Positions 25,446-48,565 of a DNA stretch of 64,000 nucleotides are shown here, one piece after another. The stretch is from Phaeosaccion multiseriatum (Eukaryota > Protista > Ochrophyta, other classes): assembly GCA_965112735.1 (NCBI GenBank), contig OZ218965.1, positions 1,116,001 through 1,180,000 on the forward strand, in the 5' to 3' direction. Position 1 is the first letter of the stretch, and every line of letters starts with the position of its first letter. The position numbers and the translations under genes were made by a program. The notes under the pieces were generated by a model, which did no database searches, was not told the origin of the DNA, and saw only the letters and a program-made list of their open reading frames with translations.

Positions 25446-28400
25446 GTGTCTGTCTGTCTGCCTGTCTGTCTGTTTGTCTATACATCTCTCTACTCTCTCT
25501 CGCGCGCTCTATCTGTGCGACACCACGTACCCTTTCGTACCCTTACGTACCTTTATGGTTGTCATCCAGATAGGCCATGTCCATGGGCGTGGCGACGGCG
25601 TAGCAGTCCGAAGCCGTGGTGCAACCCCCAGAGAAGGGTGTTTCGGGCCTGCCTCCCACAAGAAGAGAAAGAAGAGGAGGGGGAACAGAAGAGGGGGGAG
25701 GAGAGAGGAAACAGAGACATGAGGCAGAGTTTGAAGTCACAAGCGAGGGTAGAGAAGCACATACGCTAATCTCATACGCGCACATCCACGTCCACACTCA
25801 CCCATACGCAGGCACGCACTCACAGGCATACGCACGCACACACAGACGCACACACACACATACAGAGCCGCGCACACACGCACACACTCTCAGTACTACT
25901 GCCTGTGTGAAACTGAAATGATCGAACTACCAGAAACACCTCAATGCTGGCTGAACAAGGAAGGGTGTGTTGCTGTGTGAGAACTGAGTACTTACGCTGG
26001 CGAAGGGGCAGAGGTGTCAAATCCCTCAACGACCTCGCAGTCACCGCCGTCAAACAGGCAAACTTCCGTGTTATATTCTCCTCCGTCGCAGAAACCGTCA
26101 CCAATCCACGATCTGAGGGGGTGAGGAGCAACCAACGGCGAGAAAAGGTTCAGCAGGCGGAGAGACCATCACAAAAACACACAAACTAAAACAAAGTGAT
26201 TTTCATTCGAGCAGCCCTCTCTGTCCCTGAGGGATGGAAGAGGGATATATGCATGTGTGTGTTGTGTGTGTGTGTGTGTGTGTAAGGATAGCCGAATGAT
26301 TAGTGGTCGTACTTACGGGATGGATACCACGCAGCCTGGAGGCAGTGCGGGTGCTGCTGCGGGGCTCGACGTCTCAAATCCGATGCAGTCACCACCATCA
26401 TACTCTGTGAACATGCACAATCACGACGAGAGGCGAAGCGAAGGGGAGGAGTCATCTAAGCGAGGGGCAGAGAAGAGCAGAGTAGTGTCAAGCTGTTTGG
26501 CTCACAGCTGGCGAGATACTTGAGCTGAAAATGGAGCTACCGCCCCCACCCATCCACTCACTTACCGCATACTTCCGTGTTATAATCTCCTCCGTCGCAC
26601 GCGCCGTCGCCAATCCACGATCTGAGGGGGTGAGGAGCAACCAACGGCGAGAAAAGGTTCAGCAGGCGGAGAGACAATCACAAAAACACACAAACTAAAA
26701 CAAAGTGATTTTCATTCGAGCAGCCCTCTCTGTCCCTGAGGGATGGAAGAGGGATGTATGCATGTGTGTGTTGTGTGTGTGTGTGTAAGGATAGCTGAAT
26801 GATTAGTGGTCGTACTTACGGGATGGATACCACGCAGCCTGGAGGCAGTACGGGTGCTGCTGCGGGGCTCGACGTCTCAAATCCGATGCAGTCACCACCA
26901 TCATACTCTGTGAACATGCACAATCACGACGAGAGGCGAAGCGAAGGGGAGGAATCATCAAAGCGAGGGGCAGAGAAGAGCAGAGTAGTGTCAAGCTGGT
27001 TGGCTCACAGCTGGCGAGATACTTCAGCTGCAAAATGGAGCTACCACCCCCACCCACCCACTCCCTTACCGCATATTTCCGTGTTATAATCTCCTCCGTG
27101 GCATATGCCGTCGCCAATCCACGATCTGAGGGGGTGAGGTGCAACCAGCGGCGAGAACAGGTTCAGACGGAGCGACAACACAAAATTAATACAAATTGAG
27201 TTTCATTCGAGGAACGCCCATTCTTACTCTCTGAGGAATGGAAGAGGATATGTGTATGTGTGTGTTGTGTGTGTGCGTGTATGAATGGAAGAGGGACAGC
27301 TGAATGATTGGTGATCGTACTTACGGGGGGAATACCATACAGCCTGGCGGCAGTATTCCGACGCAGTCACCACCATCAAACTCTGTGAACACAATCACGA
27401 AGAGAGGCGAAGCAAAGGGGAAGGGCCATAAGAGGGGCAGATTAGAGAAGATGGCTCACAGCTGGCGAGAAACTTGACTGCCAAACAGAGCGACTACCCA
27501 CCCACCCACCCACCCACCACTCACCGCATACTTCCGAGGCATATTCTCTTCCGTCGCACACGCCGTCGCCAATCCACGATCTGAGGGGGTGGGGTGCAAC
27601 CAGCGGCGAGAACAGGTTCAGACGGAGCGACAACACAAAATTAATACAATTGATTTTCATTCGAGCAACGCCCAATCTTCCTCTCGGAGGAATGGAAGAG
27701 GAGATGTGCATGTGTGTGTTGTGTGTGTGTGTGCGTGTATGAATGGAAGAGGGACAGCTGAATGATTGGTGATCGTACTTACGGTTCGTCTACCGTACAG
27801 CCTGGCGGCAGTATTCCGACGCAGTCACCACCATCAAACTCTGTGAACACAATCACGAAGAGAGGCGAAGCAAAGGGGGAGGGCCATTAGAGGGGCAGAG
27901 TAGAGAAGTTGGCTCACAGCTGGCGAGATGCTTGACCTGCCAAACAGATGACCTGCCAAACAGAGCTCTACCCACCCACCCACTCACCGCATACTTCCGA
28001 GGCATACTCTCCTCCGTGGCAGAAGTCGTCCGCAATCCGCGATCTGAGGGGGTGAGGTGCAACCAGCCAGCGGCAGCGGCGAGAACAGGTTCAGGCGGAG
28101 AGTCAGTATCTCATTCGAGGAGCGCCCACTCTTCCTCTCTGCGGAATGGAAGAGGAATATATGTATGTGTGTGTTGTGTGTGTGCGTGGACTGTATGAAT
28201 GGAGGAGGGACAGCTGAATGATTGGTGATCGTACTTACGGTTCGTCTACCGTACAGCCTGGCGGCAGTATTCCGACGCAGTCACCACCATCAAACTCTGT
28301 GAAGCAACACAATCACGAAGAGAGGCGAAGCAAAGGGGAAGGGCCATTAGAGGGGCAGAGTAGAGAAGATGGCTCACAGCTGGCGAGATGCTTGACAAAC

Positions 28401-31400
28401 AGAGCTACTACCCACCCACCCACCCACCCAGCCAGCCACCCACTCACCGCATACTTCCGAGGCATACTCTCCTCCGTTGCAGAAGTCGTTCCCAATCCAC
28501 CCTCTGAGGGGGTGAGGTGCAACGAACGGCGAGAACAGGTCCAGGCTGAGAGTCAGTAACACATTTTACTTCGAAGTAATAAAAAAGATTGAGGAACGCC
28601 CACTCATCCTCTCTGAGGAATGAAAGAGGGATATATGTATGTGTGTGTGTTTGTTGTGTGTTTGTGTACGAATTGAAGAGGGAATGAGTAGTAATCGTAC
28701 TTACGGGATGTCAACAACACAGCCTGGAGGCAGTACAGGTGCTGCTGCGGGACTGGGTGTCACTCCGATGCAGTCACCACCATCAAACTCTGTGAACACG
28801 CACAATCATGACAAGAATTGGAGCAAATGGGGAGCGAAGAGCCATAAGAGGGCAGACTAGAGCACAGTCGTGTCAAGCTGGCTGACTCACAGCTGGCGAG
28901 CTCTATCTGACACGGCTGCAAAGTAGAGCTACCACCCACCCACCCATCCACCCACCCACTCACCGCATACTTCCGTGTTGTATTCTCCTCCGTCGCAGAT
29001 ACCGTCACCAATCCAAGATCTGAGGGGGTGAGGTGCAACGAACGGCAATAAAAATATAAATTGATGTCATTCGAGGAACGCCCACTCTTCCTCTCTGAGG
29101 AATGGAAGAGGGATATATGTATGTGTGTGTTGTGTGTTTGTGTACGAATTGAAGAGGGAATGAGTAGTGATCGTACTTACGGGAAGTTAACAGCACAGCC
29201 TGGAGGCAGCTCCAGTACGGGTGGACTGGATGTCGTCACTCCGATGCAGTCACCACCATCAAACTCTGTGAACACGCACAATCACGACAAGAGTTGGAGC
29301 GAAGGGGAGGAACCATTAGAGGGCAGAGTAGTGCAGAATACTGTCATGCTGGCTGTTGGCTCACAGCTGGCGAGCTCTATCTGACCTACTTATTCCTATT
29401 AAGTCAATAAAAAAAAACTACCCACCCACCCACTCACCGCATACTTCCGTGTTGTATTCTCCTCCGTCGCACACGCTGTCGCCAATCCACGATCTGAGGG
29501 GGTGAGGTGCAACCAGCGGCCAGAACAGGTTCAGGCGGAGCGACAATAACAAAAAACCACAAATTATTATGCAACGATTGACGTCATTCGAGGAACTTTC
29601 TGAGGAATAAAAGAGGGGCGAAAAAATGATTAGTGAGCGTACTTACGGGAACTCTACCACACAGCCGGGAGGGAAGTTGGGGGAAATGCAATCTCCACCG
29701 TCGTAGTTACATTCCGTGGTATTGTACACGGGGCCATCGCATTCAAGGTCACCGAGATAAGATGGGGACGGCACATCACACCCTGGTGGGGGGCTGCACA
29801 ATCCACAAGGGGCGGGGCGGAGGGAGGAGGGGTGAGGAGAGGACAAGCGAGGAGGGGAAGCAAGCATGATGGGGATGGTTGGGGAAATGAGAAGGGCCCG
29901 GCCGGTAGTGATACAGTGAAAGAGACCCCTCAGCAAGCTGGGGATCGGTAAGGACGCATGATGCACGCACGCACACACGCACGCACACACATGCTCAGCT
30001 TGCTCTTCCTGCCCAAGCGCGGAAACCTCCCTCCCTCTCCCTGTCCTCCAACTGTTTCAAGAGTGTACTACTTCAAAGGGTTGCATGGAGTAGTTACTCA
30101 CAGCATTGACGTCGTTGTGTTTGCCGACGTCTGCTGCAGCCTACGGTGGTAGTAGGGCTTGCTGAAGGGCTTGCGGAAGGGCTTGCGCTTCTTGTTCTTC
30201 GCCTTCTTGTTCTTCTCGTGTGCAGCAGCAGAGGGGAGCTTGCGGCTTCCGGGGGCGACGGCTTTAACGCTGCCGGTGGTGGAAAGCAAGTCAAGGAATA
30301 AGGCAAAAGCGACCGAGGCGGGGAGGATCGAGACACAGAGTGGTGGGTGATGTGTCGTGAGGCTGAAGTACGTGGTGGGGAGAACGAAGGGTGATGGCGG
30401 CAGCACCAGCAGTAGGCAGCCCCCGTGGAAACGTTTAGCAGGCCAGGCCGGTCTGGCCGTGTCTCAGCACACACTTACCTTTGCAGGTGCTTCGCGCTTG
30501 GCTCGGCGACGAGGGCGTCGCCATACTTTAAGGGGGCGGAGAAGGTAAAGCAGGCCAGGTCCGCACCAGCATCAATCACGGTCATCTGCAAGTGGTGGCA
30601 GGAGGAAGGCAGAGGGTGGGGGGAGGGGAGGAGTGGCGTTGGAGTTGTGCTGGCTGGGGGCCTTACAATACGAAGGCGTGTGGCTTTGGTGACCGTAGCT
30701 CTCATCAATCTTATAGCCAACTACTACATCCCTTTCTTGAACTTGTTGTGGCAGTACTTGGAACTTGTTGTGGCTGGTGGTAGTGGTACAGTAGACGACG
30801 CACGGTGCCGTGGTCTTTGCATGTCATTGCCTCTCCTCCTCCTCCTCCTCCTCCTCCTCCTCCTCCTCCTCCTCCTCCTCCTCCTCCTCCTCCTCCTCCT
30901 CCTCCTCCTCCTCCTCCTCCTCCTCCTCCTCCTCCTCCTCCTCCTCCTCCTCCTCCTCCTCCTCCTCCTCCTCCTCCTCCTCCTCCTCCTCCTCCTCCTC
31001 CTCCTCCTCCTCCTCCTCCTCCTCCTCCTCCTCCTCCTCCTCCTCCTCCTCCTCCTCCTCCTCCTCCTCCTCCTCCTCCTCCTCCTCCTCCTCCTCCTCC
31101 TCCTCCTCCTCCTCCTCCTCCTGCCTCCTCCTCCTCCTCCTCCTCCTCTCACCTTTACCGCCCCTTTAGCGCCCAGGTCCTGCTTCAGCCCCGAGGCGGC
31201 ATCCTGCATCTCGCTGTAGGACGTGCACGCCTTGTACATCGATGAGGTATGGGCTGGGTCGGCTTTAATGCTGATGATGGTGGCACTGTTTCGATCGACA
31301 CTCTTGGCCTTCGCTTGATCTTCCTTGTGGATGTTCTGCGAGGGAGCGAGCGGAAAGGAGAGGCGAGCGAGGTCAGGATGTCAGGGTGAGCGAAGACTGG

Positions 31401-31879
31401 CAGGCTCAGGCTGCCGGCCGGGTCGGCCGGGGCGGGTGCAGCAGGCAGCAGGCAGCAGCAGCACCAGACACCAGAGGTGTGCCAACCGCGACGAACAGGC
31501 CAACCCTCAGGCACCAGTCAGGTCAAGAATGCAGCCAGCCACCAAGCAACAGCCGGCCAGGTCACCCTCCAGTAGCTGAGAAGGGGGATAGCTAATCGAA
31601 GGGGCGTCTCGTCGGCCGGCCGGCCGGGCCGTCACCAGCCCAGCAGGCGACGCAGCTCGCTCAGCCCACTCCTCAGCCATCAGGGCGGGTGGGTGGTACC
31701 CATCTTTCCCATCCCTGCGTGCTTCCTTTTCTACTCCCCCCTTTGTTCGTCCTCGCAAAACTCACGTATCTTCTTGTTGGGGTGACGATTTTCTCGTCGC
31801 CGCTGTCCCCCACCACCACCACCACTGCTGTGAGCGGCAGTAGCAGTAGCAGCAGGAGCGTCTTGCCCGTGTTGACCAT
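24096..31879 (-). CDS. Secreted LNR (Lin-12/Notch-like, 4-Cys) repeat protein E1: 9 modules plus a C-terminal Cys-rich domain
   Basis: Signal [24 protein letters not shown]. 5' exons 31766-31879, 31153-31335, 30479-30585, 30102-30269, 29647-29793. A cassettes (56 nt; left coordinates) 29438, 28964, 28448, 27988, 27525, 27070, 26566. B cassettes 29181, 28705, 28239, 27783, 27325, 26820, 26317. 3' exons 25996-26112, 25551-25648, 24460-24567, 24096-24190. All join in frame; motif PPGCxVxxP-SWIGDGxCDGGxYNTEVC-EFDGGDC. Confidence 0.85.
24615..25480. repeat. (GGAA)n and (GTCT)n microsatellites in one E1 intron (paralogous tracts at 33680-34940)
   Basis: Directly visible. Confidence 0.95.
30834..31148. 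repeat. Nearly perfect (CCT)~100 tract in E1 intron 2
   Basis: Directly visible; the paralogous E2 intron has a shorter, interrupted tract (40872-40982). Confidence 0.95.
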
Positions 31880-33102
31880 CCTTGGCTTTGGTAGTTGTTC
31901 TCTTGTTTGTCTGTTCGTCCCTTTGGTTTTCTGCTGCGGAGTGGGAGGGAGGAGGGTAAAAAGCCAGTGCGCCATTCTTCAACCATTTTTCAAATTTGGC
32001 GGGGAAAATCTCTTATTTTTGTTGTTCAACTTTTGTTTTGGTGTTCATACTCCCTGCTCCCTTCCGCCCCAGACACGCAGCTAAGATGAGGTGGAGTAGA
32101 GGATGGGGTGGGAGCGAGGGACCTCGTGATATGGCGCTGCCTCAGCCAGAGCAGGAGAGGTGGTGCTGGGCCCCGGGGTGGAGGAAGCAAAGGGAGGGCC
32201 AAGCGAGAGAGGTAGGGAGAGGCAGAACAGGCAGTGAGGGGACAAAGAAGAAATGTAGTATACATACATATGGGGGGGGGGGGTTCGGCTTCAACAACAC
32301 TCGAATTAGACATTTGAGCGGGCTCCGGGCCAGGCAGCCCAGCCAGGAAGGGTGCAAATCCCCCCCCTCTGCCTAAGTCTATAGGTGGTTGTGCCGCCGC
32401 CCTAGTAGGCCGCGGCCTCCCTCCCTCCCTCCCTCCCTCCACCCCTGCCCCCTTGAAGAGTTAGTCGTCACTCCCGTGCTGTACGTAGATGTAGTGAAGG
32501 AGAGGTCGACAGATAGGTTTGGTGTGGGTAGCTGCTATGCGGCAGTCAGCAGTCGTACAAGACTGGCAAGGACTACGGCAATGCAAAGCGGCAGCGGTCA
32601 ATTGACAGCGTGCAGCAATGGGATAGTTCGGGGCTTGGAAGACGCCAATGGCTGTGGCGAATGACAAGCAGATGAGCTTGCGGTAAAGGTGGATGTTGAA
32701 TGTCCTATTCTGGTCTGTTAATCTGATTGTGAGCGCTGTTGTGCTCCTAGTCCCCGACGAGGGGGGAAGATAGTTGTGGCATGATCGACTGCAAGTTGCA
32801 GCCAGGCCATGTCATCACAGTGTGGTCGCAGAAGACGCGCCCACAGAACATGAGTCTAATGTACGAGACTCTCACCCATACGTATACCTACAGTATGAAG
32901 GGTTCTTTTGCCACTCCTTCTAATTCACAGTTAGCTTGGTTCTTCCAAACCTCCCTCCGCCCCTCCCTCCCTCCCTCCCTCCCTCCCTTCCTCCTAGAGT
33001 CAATTCCGACGACTCAAGACCGCCACGAAAACAGGCAGTGAGCAAGAAGATCTCAAAGGTTGTCGTCGTCAATTGCCAATGGTTTCTTTAGTTGTTTGTC
33101 AC

Positions 33103-41610
<8,508 letters not shown>

Positions 41611-42719
41611 CCTTGGCTTTGTTGCTTGGTGTTTTGTTTTTCTGTTGGTGCGTTTGGTTTGCTGTGTTGTGGAGTGGTGGGAGTGGGAATGGTGATGAGA
41701 TGGTGAGAGGGCTAGTAGTAGAAGCATGTTCGCGTGACAAGCAACACACCGAGTACCCCGATGATAGCTCCCCCCCCAAATTCCTGAAAATTCGCTGCGG
41801 AAGCACGGTTTAACCCATTCTTCATCAATTCTAAATCAATTCTGGGGGTTATATTTTGGCACCTGTGGCATCATAATAAAAAAAAAAACGTTCACGATTT
41901 TCGTTCGGTTTGGTCACGGGGTTAAAATTATTCTCTCTTCCTGGCACCTGCTGGCATGAAGCAACACAGATGGTGTCTTTTTTGGGCTGGTGTAGAAAAA
42001 AAAACCCGTCACGATTCTCGTTCGATTTCGTCACGCAATCAAAGAGGGGGTTTGGGTGTCTCTTGTCTCTAAAACGGTGGTGTCTCGGAGGTGTGTGAGC
42101 TCTCTTGAGTAGTGGGTGCGCTAGACTGGATTACGCCTCTCACACTCTGCCGTGTCGCTGTGTCAAGTTGCTGACCTCCTGGCCTGTCCTCTGAATGTCT
42201 GTCGTGCGAGTGGTACCGGGAAGGTCTGAAAGGGGCATCAGAGCTATAGCTAGGCTGCTGCTTGGCCCGGCCCTGGAAGGGTTTGAAGGTTCTGCTTACG
42301 ACACGATACTGGCCGATTTCCAGCTAAGGGTGGGTTTCAAACCAACCAACACATGTCGAGGTCGACTTGAGGTCGGCTTTCATTGGGAATCGACCTCGAT
42401 ACACAAAAGTCGAGGCGAACATCGACCTCGACATCAGATTCCAGCTAATGGCCGAGGGAAGGCGAGTGCGCACTGCTCTTACCACCTGCTGCCATCTGGC
42501 CCTACAGCCCAACCAGGTGAAGGAGGAGGAGGAGGGAGGGAGGGAGGGAGGGAGGTTGATGGACTCTGGCACACGAGCGAACCAAAAGTACATTACGGTA
42601 GCAGCAACCGTGGCAGGGAAGAAGAGTACCATTAGTGTGGGTGGATTGTGCCCATCTCTCCCATCTTTACGTGTTTCCTTTTTTCCCCTCTTTGTTCTTC
42701 CTCGCGACTTCTAACACAC

Positions 42720-43456
42720 TCACCCACTCACTCACTGCCTAGTCCCGAACTCACTCGCGCTCGCCATCCCTGCATCACTCACACACTCCCTCAGCCACTC
42801 CCTCACTCACTCACTCATTCATTCACTCAATCAATCAATCACTTACACACGTTCCCGCTCACGCGCTTACCCACTGACTCACTCCATCACGCACTCACTC
42901 ACTCACTCACTCGCTCACTCACTCACTCACCCTCTCACCCACTCACCCACCCCCCCGCTCACCCACTCACTCACTTAGTCCCTCACTCACCCACTCATCC
43001 ACTCACACACTCACTCACTCACTTACTCACTCACTCATTTGCTCCCTCACTCACTCACGCACTCTGTCACTGCCTTACTACTCACTCACTCACTCACTCA
43101 CACACACACACTCACTCACTCGCTCGCTCACTCACTCACTCACTCACTCACTCACTCACTCACTCACTCACTTACTTACTCACTCACTCACTCACTCACT
43201 CACTTAATCACTCAGTCTCTCACCCACTCACCCACTCACCCACTCCCCCACCCATTCACTCTCTCACGAAGTCCCTCACTCACTTACGCACTCCATCACT
43301 GCCTTACTCACACACACACTCACTCACTCACTCACTCACTCACACACTCACACACTCACTCACTCACTCACTCACTCACGTTCTCACTCACTCACTCACT
43401 CACTCACTCACTCTCACTCACTCACTCACTCACTCACTCACTCACACACTCACTCA
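42720..43456. repeat. (CACT)n degenerate microsatellite
   Basis: Directly visible. Confidence 0.9.
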
Positions 43457-44297
43457 CTTTACATCCCGCCCATGTGGATGCCGTGGGGGCCGCTGGTGGG
43501 GAGGGTAGACGTGCTCTGCGGCCTGCTCAGTTTGGCGACCCTGCTGCTGGCCTGGCCCTTGGCAAACCACACTCAACAAGAGGCACGGGGTCAGCGTCGG
43601 GGACAAGGTCTGGGTGAGGGGGAGGGAGAATGCTTAGAAGGGTGGGGGGGACGGCGTGGGGGGCGGTCAGCAGGTGGTGGTGGTGGTGGTGGTGGTGGTA
43701 TGGGCGCCGTAACGTCAAATGTGTGCTTTCCAATACAATTTACTGCAAAGCGCCCCTCACGTAGGGAGGGTCTTGTAACGCACCACCCTCCTCTCTCTCT
43801 CTCTCTACAGACGGCTTGTAAAGTTCGATGTGGCGGCGGAGGAGGCAGATGCTTTATATCCTCCACAAATTAAGAAAATATATGGAGAGAGGTATTTTTA
43901 CTCCCATGGTATTGAAGGACAACTCTGACGAGACAAGTTGGAGCTTTCCATCCCCGCTACATATATCGCAAACTGAAACTCGACTGGCGCGCCAAAACAC
44001 GCCGTAGCGTAAACACGCATACCCGCGTAGCATAAACTGAAACCAATCTCCCTGTTGCCACCCTGACATCAGGCCGCAGACAGCAGCACTGCCCCTTACA
44101 GTCCCATCTTGATTTCGATATCATGGACTTTCGGGACGAGCCACCTCCTCTTGTCCGCCTGAAACCGTCACCGGCCTGGGGGGGGTGTTCCTTCCCTCCT
44201 CTGAAGCCTGTGACAGTCGCAGCTCTTCCTGTCAACGATATCGTCTCCTATGGCAGGGGATGGCAGGGGATGGCAGTTTATGGCCGTCTGTGGCTGC

Positions 44298-47899
<3,602 letters not shown>

Positions 47900-48565
47900 C
47901 TCCTCCTAGTGAAAAGCACGGAGAAAGGTGGTCGGGGGCGGGGTAGCTCAGAGGGGAAGAGAGGAGCAGGGGGAGAGATTGATTGATAGAGGTCATGAAG
48001 TCAGCAACCAATGCAGGGCCAGATCGGGCCTGTCTTGGCAGAACAGGGGAAGACTAGAGTAAGAATTCCCGTGCCGTACATTGCCGGTACGCCGAGAGGC
48101 TGCCGCCGCTGCTGCTGTTGATGCAACCCCCACACCACGTACACCCCACATGCTCAGGTGTTGATAGGCATTTCTCTCGCTCCACACAGCATCCCTGCCC
48201 CCATCTCCCATACCTGCGTTACCTACTCGAGATGATTCCTCTTCCCTCTGCTCCTTGACGTTGCAGCTTCCCGTGTTGCTGTGCTTATGGCCGCTTGTTT
48301 ACGTATAATTTTTGTGGATCGATCGATGAGCCAAAATGAGCATCCAACCACCGCGCGGAAACTGGAAACTGGAAATTGACTTCAACTCGTCGATCTCAGC
48401 TCGTTACATTGTTGAAAGGGATGTAAACAATCTACGCTGCGACTTGATACGGGACCTGCATCTGATCTGCTCTTGCGTTTTCTCGTGACCTCGTACCACC
48501 ATCTCGAGCAAGTCTCCTCTTCCACACAAAAGCCTGTTGCTGCTTGACTTTTTTTTTTGTCCCTT

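Noticed and set aside
42195-44240. Possible gene between E2 and GGPPS
   Set aside because: Some splice-like signals, but I could not build a consistent frame or recognise a protein
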